DNA of 62,993 nucleotides, filler included, from Pirum gemmata (Eukaryota): NCBI GenBank assembly GCA_002812295.1. It is 28 parts of 28 records of this genome, joined end to end, with 100 filler letters (N's around TTAATTAATTAA, not from the genome) between each part and the next. Parts side by side here need not be neighbours in the genome. Positions count along the whole stretch, not along the records: positions 39,851 to 43,585 come from PDIN01009379.1; positions 43,686 to 45,666 come from PDIN01009380.1; positions 45,767 to 48,330 come from PDIN01009381.1; positions 48,431 to 50,389 come from PDIN01009382.1; positions 50,490 to 52,496 come from PDIN01009383.1; 23 more parts are not named here. One strand, 5' to 3'. Shown piece by piece: positions 40,116 to 52,051 of this stretch (position 1 is its first letter; each line of letters starts with the position of its first letter). The notes under the pieces were generated by a model. It saw only the letters and a program-made list of their open reading frames with translations, ran no database searches and was not told where the DNA came from. The position numbers and the translations under genes were made by a program.

Positions 40116-40351
40116 AGTAGGGGTGAGATATCTACTGGAACTTTTTTCGAACAGTTGCTTATCGAGCCAACCTTAGTTCCGTGTTTATTACTAATAATAG
40201 CAGTTAAATAGCTTAAAATAGTAAATCTAATTATAGTAGATACCAATTAAATTAATAATATTAACATTANTTAATAGTAATAAAACCATAAAATCGGAAA
40301 AGTTCCGGCAGCTGTTCGGTAATAATAAAATGACGTCATCTCACCCCTACT
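40116..40351 (+). mobile_element. MITE family B
   Basis: TIR AGTAGGGGTGAGAT / ATCTCACCCCTACT; conserved core ttcgaacag...atcgagccaaccttagttccgtg. Confidence 0.9.
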
Positions 40352-40402
40352 ATATTATATCTACGTAATTAAGAAATCCAGGAGATAATTATGATAGTCT
40401 AG

Positions 40403-40550
40403 TGGAGCGTTCAAATACTACGTAACGCCAATTTCCAGTCAAATACAGCTTCAAATACCCCTACCTACCTACCCCTCGACGTTAATAACTTCCGGTCAAA
40501 TACCACCTACCTACCTACCCCTTGACGTGACGTATTATTTGAACACTCCC
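40403..40550. mobile_element. Harbinger MITE family D
   Basis: ggagcgttcaaatactacgt ... acgtattatttgaacactccc. Confidence 0.85.
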
Positions 40551-40835
40551 TAAACTCACCCCGGTAGGCTTTTCAGTTATTTTGTTGTCATAAAATATGA
40601 AATAAATAGTGCCAAATTAATATAATATAAATCCATTTCATTTAATTTGGTATATTTTATTATATATTTATTTATTTAAAAGTATCAATTTAAATATTAT
40701 AAGCAACCAAATAAATATTCGGAGTGGCAAAATAAATAAAAACCTGTACTACAGTCAGTACTAGATAAATAATTATTATTATAGTCTACTCTGGCCTCTC
40801 TACCGTTTTTTCTGAACGAGGGTTTGGATAATATG

Positions 40836-41031
40836 AGTAGGGTGAGATGACGTCATTTTATTTATGGTTTATTACTATTAATGTTAATATTATTACTTTA
40901 ATTGGTATCTACTATAATTAGATTTACTATTTAAGCTATTTAACTGCTATTATTAGTAAGAAACACGGAACTAAGGTTGGCTCGATAAGCCTCTGTTCGA
41001 AAAAAGTTTCAGTAAATATCTCACCCCTACT
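40836..41031 (-). mobile_element. MITE family B
   Basis: Inverted copy with both TIRs. Confidence 0.85.
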
Positions 41032-41087
41032 ATTATTAATTAGGATAGTCTAGTTTGCAGTGAAAAATAGCAAGGACTCCATGAAAA

Positions 41088-41242
41088 GGGAGCGTTCAAA
41101 TAATACGTCACGTCAAGGGGTAGGTAGGTAGGTGGTATTTAACCGGAAATTAATGTCGAGGGGTAGTTAACGTTAGGTAGGGTATTTGAAGCTGTATTTG
41201 ACTGGAAATTGGCGTTAGTCTACGTAGTACTTGAACGCTCCC
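41088..41242. mobile_element. Harbinger MITE family D
   Basis: GGGAGCGTTCAA...TTGAACGCTCCC, TSD AAA. Confidence 0.9.
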
Positions 41243-41367
41243 AAAGTGTCAGAGTCTACGAGACCATTTTCTTCATTTTATTGTGCTTTTCACTTATTAA
41301 ATCTTACCTATGCCTCTTTGTCCAAAACACTTCTGGTCATAATTTTAATAATATTATCAGTATATTA

Positions 41368-41588
41368 AGTAGGGGTGAGATATCTACTGGAACTTTTTTC
41401 GAATAGATGCTTATCGAGCCAACCTTAGTTCCGTGTTCCTTACTAATAATAGCAGTTAAATAACTTTTAAAATAGTAGATACCAATTAAAGTAATAATAT
41501 TAACATTAATAGTAATAAACACCATAAAAATCGGAAAAGTTCTGGCAGCGGTTCGGTAATAATAAAATGACGTCATCACACCCCTACT
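41368..41588 (+). mobile_element. MITE family B with 8-bp TSD
   Basis: GTATATTA on both sides (41360-41367, 41589-41596). Confidence 0.92.
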
Positions 41589-41756
41589 GTATATTATCAT
41601 AAATAATAAAAAATTTATTATAATTCCTTGGCTATTTTTCTTACTTCTAAAAGTTCTAACTAGACTAGTAGAAGATTAGCTAGACTAAAGCCTAACTAGA
41701 TAGATCTAGCTAGTCTAGCTAGCTAGCTAGCGACTACCAGACTGTATGATACATTA

Positions 41757-41911
41757 GGGAGTGTTCAAATAATACGTCACGTCAAGGGGTAGGTAGGTAG
41801 GTGGTATTTAACCGGAAATTAATATCGAGGGGTAGGTAGGTAGGTAAGGGTATTTGAAGCTGTATTTGACCAGAAATTGGTGTTATGTATACGTAGTACT
41901 TGAACACTCCC
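41757..41911. mobile_element. Harbinger MITE family D
   Basis: GGGAGTGTTCAA...TTGAACACTCCC, TSD TTA. Confidence 0.9.
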
Positions 41912-42791
41912 TTAGANATAATAATAGTACTAATAATAATAATAATAATAATTAATGGTGGTCTATTTATTATTTTATTAATGGTGGTATAAGTTAAACT
42001 TTATTTTAATTAACATTTATTGTCAACAGCAAGAACACCATGTAGTACATCTTAATTCTCCATAAACAATCAATTGATGTGTATTATCAAATAGTCCAGA
42101 ACCAATATCAGTAACAATTCGAACACTACCAATAGCATATAAATCAGGCGTGTTATCTTCATCTACTTCATCATTTTGTAAGATAGATCAATAAGTATCT
42201 AGCCCTATATAATAATCATTAAATTGTTAGAGAGGGTTAGAGAGGTTTAGAGAGGCTTAGAGAGGCTTAGAGAGGTAGGGTTAGGGTAGGAGCAGGGTTA
42301 TTACTTGAACTGATTTTTAACGTTCTGCTTTAGAAAAGTAATACAACAAATTAATAGTATCCCAATTATTAAATCGAATATATTTGTATCAAACATATAT
42401 TTTTTATATGTTCGAATTTTTTACTATTTAGTAATAAAAAAATGTGCTTTTTAACCCAATCCCTAGACTATTAGCTAAAAGCTTATCGATATGAAAAAAG
42501 GGAAAAAAAGCTTGATATCAAATATATATATTTCATATGTTCGATTTTTTTACTAAATGCCTTGAGGATCCTCTTGTAAATATATATAAACGTAAACCAT
42601 GTTTTTTTTCGTTTTAAAATATTGTGTTTTTCATATATATTGTCACTCTGAATATTTATTTGGTTAGTTATAATATTTAAATTGACATTTTTACATGAAT
42701 AAATGAATAATAAAATATACCAAATTAAATGAAATGGATTTGGGACTCTTTATTGTTTATGTAATGGTGATAAAACAACTAAAAAGCACGA

Positions 42792-43043
42792 TACCAGTAA
42801 AAAATCTGAAGATGGAAAAATCTGAAAATGGAATTGAATCTAGAAGGGTATTTTTGTCAACTAAGACATCTAGATTCGTATTTTTAGACTTTTAAACCAT
42901 CGTTTGAACCGATATTTTTTTTGATCCTTTATTTTGCTCAAAAAAAAAAAAAGTGTATCCAGATGTCGATTAAAGAGTTTTAAATACCAATCTAGATGTC
43001 TTTCCATGTTCAGATTTTTCCATCTTCAGATTTTTTACTGGTA
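42792..43043. mobile_element. MITE family F
   Basis: TACCAGTAAAAAATCTGAAGATGGAA ... TTCCATCTTCAGATTTTTTACTGGTA. Confidence 0.88.
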
Positions 43044-43800
43044 TTAATACTACCTTTTTTTGTATTTTTCAATACTTTGTTGATTAAAGGTTGTAATTGT
43101 TGATCATGTGAAAGTATAGCATGAATCCTAGTTGGATTGTTACAGTAGCTAGAAAAAATGTTCTCTAATAGTACTAGTAGTTTTTTATAATTGTTCATGG
43201 TTATAATAAAAATTGAAAATTGAAAATTGAAAATTGAAAAACAATTAATAATATTTTTTATTTATACTGTTTGTAATAGGCTTAAATAGTATCATGGTTT
43301 TCATTTATTTTTTCACTCTAAATATTTATTTGGAGGGTTATAATCTTTAAATTGACATTTTTAAATCTATATATAGATAATAAAATATACCAAATTAAGT
43401 TAAATGGATTTACATTGTATTTATTTGGTACTATTTATTGTATATTTCATGATGACAAACCAACTGAAAAGCACTTTATTTATTAAAATAGTCATCACAA
43501 TAGAACTTTATTATAATAACTTTAATTGTATTAATGATTATTCATTAAACATGACTCTGTTCGGTACTTACCATTAACACAAAAANNNNNNNNNNNNNNN
43601 NNNNNNNNNNNNNNNNNNNNNNNNNNNNNTTAATTAATTAANNNNNNNNNNNNNNNNNNNNNNNNNNNNNNNNNNNNNNNNNNNNTTTTTTAACTCGAGT
43701 TTGATAATCATTAAATATATATATGTTTGATATTTTCGGGCTTGTATTCGAGCTAGTACGAGGTACAATCTAGCTAGACTAACTAGCTAGACTACTACTA

Positions 43801-44802
43801 TAGTGCAAACAAGCCAAAAACAACCACCTTTTGGGTTTCACTATATTTTTAGTTTTCAAACATAAAAAATGTAATATTTATTAAATAGATTTGAAATTTT
43901 CGAACATATATATAAAAAAATGTGGGACTTTTAACTAGTAAAAAAAGTAAGGCGTTTTTTGATTACTTGCACAAAAGCAGAGTTTACTAGCTAGTAGCTA
44001 GCTAGCTAGCTAGCTAGTAAAAATCTACCCACAGTATTTACAACATTTCGCACATTACTCAACACTTTACTTATTTTTATTATAAAAATTTTAATGTTTT
44101 ATCTTTTTTCGCACCCACTTGCGCTAATCATAATAATATTATTATCATATCGATACTACTAGCTAGCTAGCTAGCTAGCTAGACAGGGTCTACTAAGTAA
44201 GGGTGAGATGACGTCATTTTATTATTACCGAACAGCTGCCGGAACTTTTCCTATTTTATGGTTTTTATTACTATTAATGTTAGCTTTATTACTTTAATTA
44301 GTATCTACTAAATTAGATTTACTATTTTAAGCTATTTTAATGCTATAATTGGTAAAGAACACTTAACTAAGGTTGGCTCGACAAGCATCAGTTCGAAAAA
44401 AGTTCCAGTAGATATCTCACCCCTACTATAATAAGTATAGTGCTTTTCATTTTTGTTTTGTCATCATAAAATAAATAGTAAATAGTACCAAATTAATACA
44501 AAATAAATCCATTTGATTTAATTTGGTATATTTTATTATCTATTTATTGATTTAAAAATGTCAATTTAAATATTTTAACCAACCAAATAAATATTCAGAG
44601 TGGCAAAATAAAGATGCAAAAAATTTAATAACGTCTTCCTTTTTTTTACTAATTATGATGATAAAAAAGTCTCACCTTTTTTTTTTTTTTAATGTTTGAA
44701 TATTTCAAACCTATCAAATACCCATTACATTACTTATGTTCGAAAACTGAAAATTCTAGTGAAACCCAAAAGTTGGCTGTTTTTCAATAATTGTTTTCAC
44801 TA
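43801..44802. mobile_element. MITE family A with nested family B (44196-44427) and family C (44437-44612) insertions and CTAG tracts
   Basis: Left arm tagtgcaaacaa at 43801, right arm ending ttgttttcacta at 44802. Confidence 0.7.
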
Positions 44803-45105
44803 CTATACTAATAATAAGTGTATTGTGCTTTTCATTTATTTTGTCACTCTGAATATTTATTTGGAGGGTTATAATCTTTAAATTAACATTTTTAAATCAA
44901 TAAATAGATAATAAAATATACCAAATTAAATTAAATGGATTTNAGATAATAAAATATACCAAATTAAATTAAATGGATTTATTTTGTATTAATTTGGTAC
45001 TATTTATTATTTATTTTTTGATGACAAAACAACTAAAAAAGTCTAGTCTAAATGATTTATAATATATAATTATTATTTTAAAAAATTTTATTATTATGAT
45101 AATGA

Positions 45106-45236
45106 CCCTAACCCTAACCCTAACTAACCCTAACCCTAACCCTAACCCTAACCCTAACCCTAACCCACCCTTAACCCTATCCCTAACCCTAACCCTAACC
45201 CTACTAACCCTAATTTTAACCCTAACTAACCCTAAC
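45106..45236 (-). repeat. Interstitial (TTAGGG)n array
   Basis: (CCCTAA)n with variants. Confidence 0.9.
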
Positions 45237-45844
45237 TACTGGTCTACGTTACCATAGTCGAGCTTCATCAGGCACTTGCCCTCGACTATTTTTTTTTTTA
45301 AAACAGCCAAGCCGGATAAAACTGTAGAAAATATTTTTTTTTAGACTTCTTTTCTAAAAACCTTTAATTATAACTAGCCAAATAAATTTTAAAAACTAGC
45401 TATTGGTTCATAATAGAGTTATTTTGGTTAGGTGTCTCCTCAAAATTTGGTAGTGTTTTTTATTAAAATTCGATTCTCTATATATGAGAGAGAATTTCCC
45501 CATTGTTTGTAAATAGTCTATGTAGTTCTTGTGTAATTAGAATGTGTAATTGTGTTTGCAATATGTGTGAGGGTTTGTATAATATATTAGTTAATCAAGT
45601 TACTCTACGTCCTTGGGAATCACCTATTCTTACGTATGCCTCTTTGTCCAAAACACTTTTGGTCATNNNNNNNNNNNNNNNNNNNNNNNNNNNNNNNNNN
45701 NNNNNNNNNNTTAATTAATTAANNNNNNNNNNNNNNNNNNNNNNNNNNNNNNNNNNNNNNNNNNNNTTTTCCAATTTGTAGCAATTTAGTTTTCCAATTT
45801 GTAGAATAAATTGAAAAAAAAAAAAAAAAGAAAAATTGAAATTA

Positions 45845-46480
45845 GACCTATCATAGTATGACATAGACTATCATACCGTAGCTACAGTAGCTACTTGCTA
45901 TACTACTAGCTAGATAGCTATGGTAGACTGACTGCGTCGAGTACTGTGTACTACGACTCTACGAGTGTACTACAGTGTACTACGACTCTACGAGTGTACT
46001 ACGAGCGCTGTGTAGAACTACTATCATAGTGCGTACTACCTGTGCGTACTACTAGCTAGTAGCTGTACTAGTCTAGCTGCTACCACAGCTAGCTAGACTA
46101 TATAATATTATAATCATAAATTCATAATAATAAAAAAATTATGATATCATACAGAGAGTGGTAGTAGTCTCTACTCTCTAGCTAGCTAGATGGCTACTAG
46201 CTAGCTAGCTAAGTTCTTTAGTTAGTCTAGCTAGCTACTAGTAGAGTTATTCTGTGCTCTACTGGCCTCTACTGGCTACTAGCTAGCTAGCTAGTAGCTC
46301 TAGCTAGAGTAGTTAGTAGCTAGCTACTACTACTGCTAGCTATCATAATATGATAAAATATTATCAGATATCATATTATTATCAATTTATCATATCAATT
46401 ATCATACCGGTATGATATCATGAAGACTCATGTCATGATATCGATATTAGTAGAACTGTAGAAGTTGTCTAGCTAGCTAG
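45845..46480. repeat. Long palindromic-motif filler tract (CTAG, AGCT, GTAC, GATATC, TCATGA)
   Basis: ~630 bp built largely from short self-complementary words; abuts a UBA2 exon. Confidence 0.8.
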
Positions 46481-47583
46481 TTAGGAGATATGGTATTTTC
46501 ATCGTCAGGATGCCCAAATAGTTGACTAAATATAAATTTATTTTAAATCAAATGTAAAGTTATATAAGAAAGAAACACCACAGTGAAGAACAAAACTTAA
46601 ATTTTACACAAGAAATTAAATAGTTAAAATGCACCTTGTTACAAAATTGGAAAGTAGCATTGTAACAAAAACAATAAAATCTAAATCGTCAAAACTTACT
46701 TAAACAAAAACTTGGCCCAGACTATACAATGAATAGGTAAAGACGGGGTGTTGCGAATAGTACAAACAGGATAACGCTTTTGGGGTGGTTTAGGTTGGCA
46801 CTCAAAACATTCTGTCACTCCCTAAATAATAGAGTAATAATATAAAGAGAAACAATAAAAAATTAAAATCGAAGATATTAATCTATATTTACACTGACAA
46901 TAATAAAACACAAAAAATCACTAAAAGCCAACACATCGCAATTGAAGCAGATAGTTAATATATATACTGCACTGTAAATAGTGTACACAAACCTTTTTGA
47001 TAACTGTAGTTTGACCCAAATAGCCAGCAGTCCCACTTTCAATAAGAGGAACATTAGCTGCCAAGCACATTCGATTCACATGATTACGCGCACCTACAAC
47101 ATTAAATTTGTAAAATGACTTTAATAATTAATAATAAACAAAATATATAAATTTTACAAGTGATTCTAAAGAAACATATAGGTAAAACGTTGGCGAGAAT
47201 AATATCAAAATAGTGAATACTTAAATTGTCCAAGGCATTTAACACAATGTGGAATCTTTTAAAAAAATCAACATTGAATTCATTATTTTTTATGTTAGCA
47301 TGTCTAGCAGTAATGTTAAGTTTAGGATTGAAACGTTTCACCGCTTCGGCAGCAACCTAAAAATATTGGAATGGTGAATATTAGTACTAATTCGGTCTTA
47401 AACTTTTCAAAAAATTAGCTTATATACCACAACAATTTAACTATTCTCTCGCTCTTCTCCATTACAAATGAAATCAAAACTACAACAAAAGCAACCTACC
47501 ACAGCTTTACTTTTTCCAACGTGTTCCTTTCGAAACAAGAACTGCCGATTTAAATTACTTACGTCGATAGTATCCAAATCAAC
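46477..47583 (-). CDS. UBA2: SUMO-activating enzyme subunit 2; exons 47500-47583, 47221-47356, 46993-47093, 46700-46821, 46477-46525 (interrupted)
   Basis: [60 protein letters not shown]...[21 protein letters not shown] (catalytic Cys), NQLFG; all GT-AG and in frame. Confidence 0.95.
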
Positions 47584-47893
47584 CTTGATAAAAACAAAAA
47601 GAATAAGAATAAGAAATTACAATCACAATCAAAATCACAATCACAATCACAATCACAATCACAATCACAATCACAATCACAATCACAATCACAATCACAA
47701 TCACAATCCCAATCCCAATCCCAATCCCAATCCCAATCCCAATCCCAATCCCAATCCCAATCCCAATCACAATCACAATCNNNNNNNNNNNNNNNNNNNN
47801 NNNNNNNNNNNNNNNNNNNNNNNNNNNNNNNNNNNNNNNNNNNNNNNNNNNNNNNNNNNNNNNNNNNNNNNNNNNNTAAATTAATACTAATAA

Positions 47894-48309
47894 TTACAAC
47901 AACACACAACGTTTTTTCTCTTTATCAGTAGTAGGATTCAAAGCCGCCAAAATGGCATCATCAAAAACATTTTTTAAATTTTTTTGAGTAAAAGCAGAAC
48001 ACTCTAAATATTTTACTGATTTTAATTCTTTAGCCATTTTTTCGCCATCTTGCGCCTGTATAGGTTTTTGTTTATTTTTCGCAAGTCGATCCAAATGAGC
48101 CTTATCTTCCCTTAAGTCTAATTGGGTACCCACTAACAAAAACGGCGTTTTAGAACAATGATGCGAAATTTCGGGTACCCATTTATCTTTTACATTCTCG
48201 AAACTGGCAGGAACTACGACAGAAAAACAAACTAAGAATACATCCGTTTGTGGGTACGAAAGAGGTCTGAGCCTATCATAATCCTCTTGCCCCGCAGTAT
48301 CAAATAGCC
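47894..48309 (-). CDS. CDC42: Rho-family GTPase Cdc42, last exon
   Basis: [32 protein letters not shown]...VGTQLDLR...KNKQKPI...KKRCVLL CAAX; LFDTAG and TQxD are Cdc42-type. Confidence 0.95.
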
Positions 48310-48547
48310 CTTTATTATTATTTATTATTANNNNNNNNNNNNNNNNNNNNNNNNNNNNNNNNNNNNNNNNNNNNTTAATTAATTAANNNNNNNNNNNNNN
48401 NNNNNNNNNNNNNNNNNNNNNNNNNNNNNNAGAATAAGTGACGTCCTTTATGAATGTTCCTATGAATGTTCCCCTAGCTAGCTAGCTACTGCTGCTTTAG
48501 CACTACTGTGCCACTACAACAGCAATACAACAGTTTTTACAACCATA

Positions 48548-48877
48548 GGGAGCGTTCAAATACTACGTAACGCTTACGGGTAGGTAGGGGGGGGTAGAAT
48601 TTTGTGACCAAAGTGTGACCATTTAATTAGTGTAGGTAGGTAGATATTTCGCAATGTTACGTCACTNNNNNNNNNNNNNNNNNNNNNNNNNNNNNNNNNN
48701 NNNNNNATATGAGCTTTTTTTGGGATTTTTTGAGCTTTTTTTGCTTTTTTGAGTATACTAATTAGGGTACTATTTTTTTAAAACGTTACGTCATTATGGG
48801 TAGGTCATTTTTCTCGATGTAGGTGGGTGGGTAGGTTTTTGCTGGAAATTAGCGTTACGTAGTGTTTGAACGCTCCC
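48548..48877. mobile_element. Harbinger MITE family D, longer variant
   Basis: GGGAGCGTTCAAA...TTTGAACGCTCCC, TSD ATA. Confidence 0.88.
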
Positions 48878-49117
48878 ATAGACTACCTGGTAGTGTCACT
48901 GTCAGTTGTGTCATGTAGCACCGCTCATTTATGCTCAGCAAATCGTAAGTTTATTAGATCTATACGGTATACCTATACCCGCTCGAGCTAGCTATTAGCT
49001 AGCTAGTCTAGCTAGACTAGCTTATCATAGTCTTATCATAGAGACTCTTAGTAGAGTAAAATAGTGTAGAATTTCATGAACTTAAGAATTTACTTTTTTA
49101 TATACTAAAGTAGTATA

Positions 49118-49304
49118 TAGTGCTTTTCAGTTGTTTTGTCATCATAAAATATACAATAAATGATACCAAATTAATATAATATAAATCCATTTCATTTAAT
49201 TTGGTATATTTTATTATATATTTATTTATTTAAAAAAGTATCAATTTAAATATTATAAACAACCAAATAAATATTCAGAGTGGCAAAATAAATGAAAAGC
49301 ACTA
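49118..49304. mobile_element. MITE family C, full-length (~187 bp)
   Basis: TAGTGCTTTTCA ... TGAAAAGCACTA inverted ends. Confidence 0.85.
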
Positions 49305-49494
49305 ACTAGTCTAGTAGAGAATTGTTAGAGTCCCAGGGATACTGTAGGGATAGCTAGGGAAATTCTAATAATAATAATAATAATAAAATTCGAAACTCGA
49401 AAAAGAATAAAATTTCGAAAAATTGACAACATTTACTAATAGTGATCAGTATTCAATGATGTTTTCCCTGCCGATCCCTTTTAATACATAGTCT

Positions 49495-50230
49495 AATGAT
49501 AAGCGCAAGAAAAATACCAAAATAATTATAACATATCAATTAAACAATAATTAGGTTATTTTTAATATAGAAATTTTGAGAACAGCAACAATGAACATAT
49601 AAGATCCATATATAATGTTTCAATATCATAGGTCAGGGTTAGGGTTAGGGTTGTTCACTTATTTATTTATTTATTTGGTATTTTGAACTCCATAATTGTC
49701 CCTTTTAAAGCTTTTATATATTATATGCGATTCAAAAACATAATGATAAATGCAAAATCAAGGGTTAGGGTTAGGGTTGTTCGCTTATTTATTTGGTACT
49801 TTGAACTCCATAATTGGCCCTTTTAAAGCTTTTTATATGAGCATTAAAACCATAATAATAAATGCAAAAAATACCAAAATAATTAAAAAATATCAATTAA
49901 ACAATAATAATTGGGGTATTTTTGATATAGAAATTTTGAGGACAACAACAATTGAAATTACGATAATATGATTTATTTATAAACACGAAACCTACCACAG
50001 GACTCATGTTATAAATATATCAATATCATAGGTTAGGGTTTGGGTTAGGGTCATTCAATTATTTATTTGGTACTTTGAACTCCATAATTGACCCTTTTAA
50101 AGCTTTTTCATATGAGCATTAAATACATAATGATAAATGCAAAAAAAATACCCAAATAATTAAAACATATCCATTAAACAATAATTGGGATATTTTGAAT
50201 ATACAATATTTTGAGGGCAACAACAATGAA
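49495..50230. repeat. Tandem repeat whose units each carry a 2-3 copy TTAGGG seed
   Basis: gggttagggtt...ttatttggtactttgaactccataattg...ccttttaaagctttt at ~49632, 49762, 50031. Confidence 0.8.
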
Positions 50231-50491
50231 CAATCATGAGACCTCTCTCTCACTACGATATAATAATATCATATTATTGTATTTTTTAAATGTAGCTATA
50301 TTAGATAGATAGTATTTTATATTGGCATCAATGCCTAATAAAGTATTATATATAATGATTAGAAAAATTAAATAAATTTTATGAAATATNNNNNNNNNNN
50401 NNNNNNNNNNNNNNNNNNNNNNNNNNNNNNNNNTTAATTAATTAANNNNNNNNNNNNNNNNNNNNNNNNNNNNNNNNNNNNNNNNNNNNCA

Positions 50492-50689
50492 TGTGGTGAA
50501 GAGCTTTCCCGCAATTACACACAACAGTTTAAGAAAATAATATTTTTTATTAGTACAACATATTTAAATACACCACCTTCTGAAAAAAATATTTCATCCG
50601 GTGTTTTAGATAATTTAAAGGATATGACAAAAAATGGAAATTTTACAAAAGTAGAAATTCATGATTATATAACCGAAAACAACAAATAA
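50492..50689 (+). CDS. 3' end of a gene, possibly GLE1-like C-terminus
   Basis: Open frame CGEELSRNYTQQFKKIIFFISTTYL...-stop resembles the GLE1 segment CGxxLxxxYxxQFxKxL; tentative. Confidence 0.4.
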   Translation, partial: CGEELSRNYTQQFKKIIFFISTTYLNTPPSEKNISSGVLDNLKDMTKNGNFTKVEIHDYITENNK

Positions 50690-50864
50690 ATAAAAAACTG
50701 AAAAAAAAATATGAAACATAAAATATTATTATATCTATAATTTTTTTTAATTATATATACGTATATATGTGTATAAATTTATTTATTTATTTTATAAAAA
50801 AATTAAATGGAAATGACAAAAGGGTGAAATTTAGCAAAAGAAGAATTATATGAATATATATGCT

Positions 50865-50963
50865 GACGTTCCATTGCAATTACCGAACCTTTAACTTGAT
50901 TTGAATGTAGAAATCCCAATAAATCAAAATGACCGAAAGCAGCAGCAATATCAATTGTATAAT
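50865..50963 (-). pseudogene. Isolated ankyrin-repeat fragment
   Basis: TIDIAAAFGHFDLLGFLHSNQVKGSVIAME fits AMDxAAxxGHLxxxxFLH; no acceptor or start seen. Confidence 0.45.
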
Positions 50964-51555
50964 TTTGATATTTTGATATTTTGATATTTTGAGATTTTGA
51001 TATTTTGATATTTTGATATTTTGATATTTTGATATTTTGATATTTTTGATATTTTTTTATTTTTTTATTTTTTTATTTTTTTATTTTTTTATTTTTTTTT
51101 TCTTATTTTTTTTTTCTTATTTTTTTTTCTTATATACTAAATTTTGTGGCTCTGAAGGGTTCAAATCACCCTTTATGATGGGTTCAAAAATACCCTAATT
51201 TATGACGTAGAATTTACGTATTTTATGACGTAAAAAATTACGTAATTTAAACGTCATAATTAAGCATTTTTATGACGTAAAAAATTACGTAATTTAAACG
51301 TCATAATTAAGCATTTTTCAATATATTTTAAGCCTTTTTTAATATATTTTAAGCCTATAACCAATAAAAACCGTTAAAAATACTATAATTTTAATAATAA
51401 TGAGGATTTACACCAAATATAGTAATAAAAAGACTAAAAAGAGTCATTTTTATTACTATATTTGATTGTATTTTTAAGCCTTAACCAATGAAAAAAGAGC
51501 ATATTTTTAAGCCTAAACCAATGAAAAATCGTTAAAAATCGTTAAAAANAATAAT

Positions 51556-51614
<59 letters not shown>

Positions 51615-51844
51615 GACGATTATTATAATATAATTATATTTATTTAATGTTAAAAGTACAATAATATTTAATGCTCGTGACCTACACATTTTAATTAGAT
51701 TTTTAAATTCTAGTTATATATTATATATAATTTAATATTTAGGTTATTAAAAATCTTTTTCTTCACTAAGACTGAGTAGCTACCAAGTGCCTCGTAAGTG
51801 ACCCATAAATTAATTATGTTTTGGAATGCTAATTATATTAAAAT

Positions 51845-52051
51845 TTAAAATTCACATTTTTTTCCATAACCATGTCGGATACAAACGTTTCGATGCCATC
51901 GCGTGTTGTAACAATAATGGCATCCACTTTTTTTGCAAGCGGCTTTATCGTTATCGTAATGTCTGCAATCGAAGCCACTAGCATTGGCGTTCTGGGCAGC
52001 ATAGCCAGTGATCAAAAGAACGAGAAAGCAGTACTTTAATTGAGCAAACAT
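51845..52051 (-). CDS. Small secreted six-cysteine peptide (68 aa)
   Basis: Signal-like MFAQLKYCFLVLLITGYAAQNANA, mature SGFDCRHYDNDKAACKKSGCHYCYNTRWHRNVCIRHGYGKKCEF; GC-richer than flanks; aaaacaATG context; TATATAA at ~52217-52223. Confidence 0.85.
   Translation of the reverse strand: MFAQLKYCFLVLLITGYAAQNANASGFDCRHYDNDKAACKKSGCHYCYNTRWHRNVCIRHGYGKKCEF

Noticed and set aside
42020..42180. Minus-strand coding-like segment (NDEVDEDNTPDLYAIGSVRIV...WCSCC-stop)
   Set aside because: In-frame stop just upstream without a usable acceptor; cannot support a gene call
46477..48309. Cdc42 lying only ~300 bp from UBA2 internal exons
   Set aside because: Separated by an N gap of uncertain size that must hide the UBA2 5' exons; spacing not interpretable
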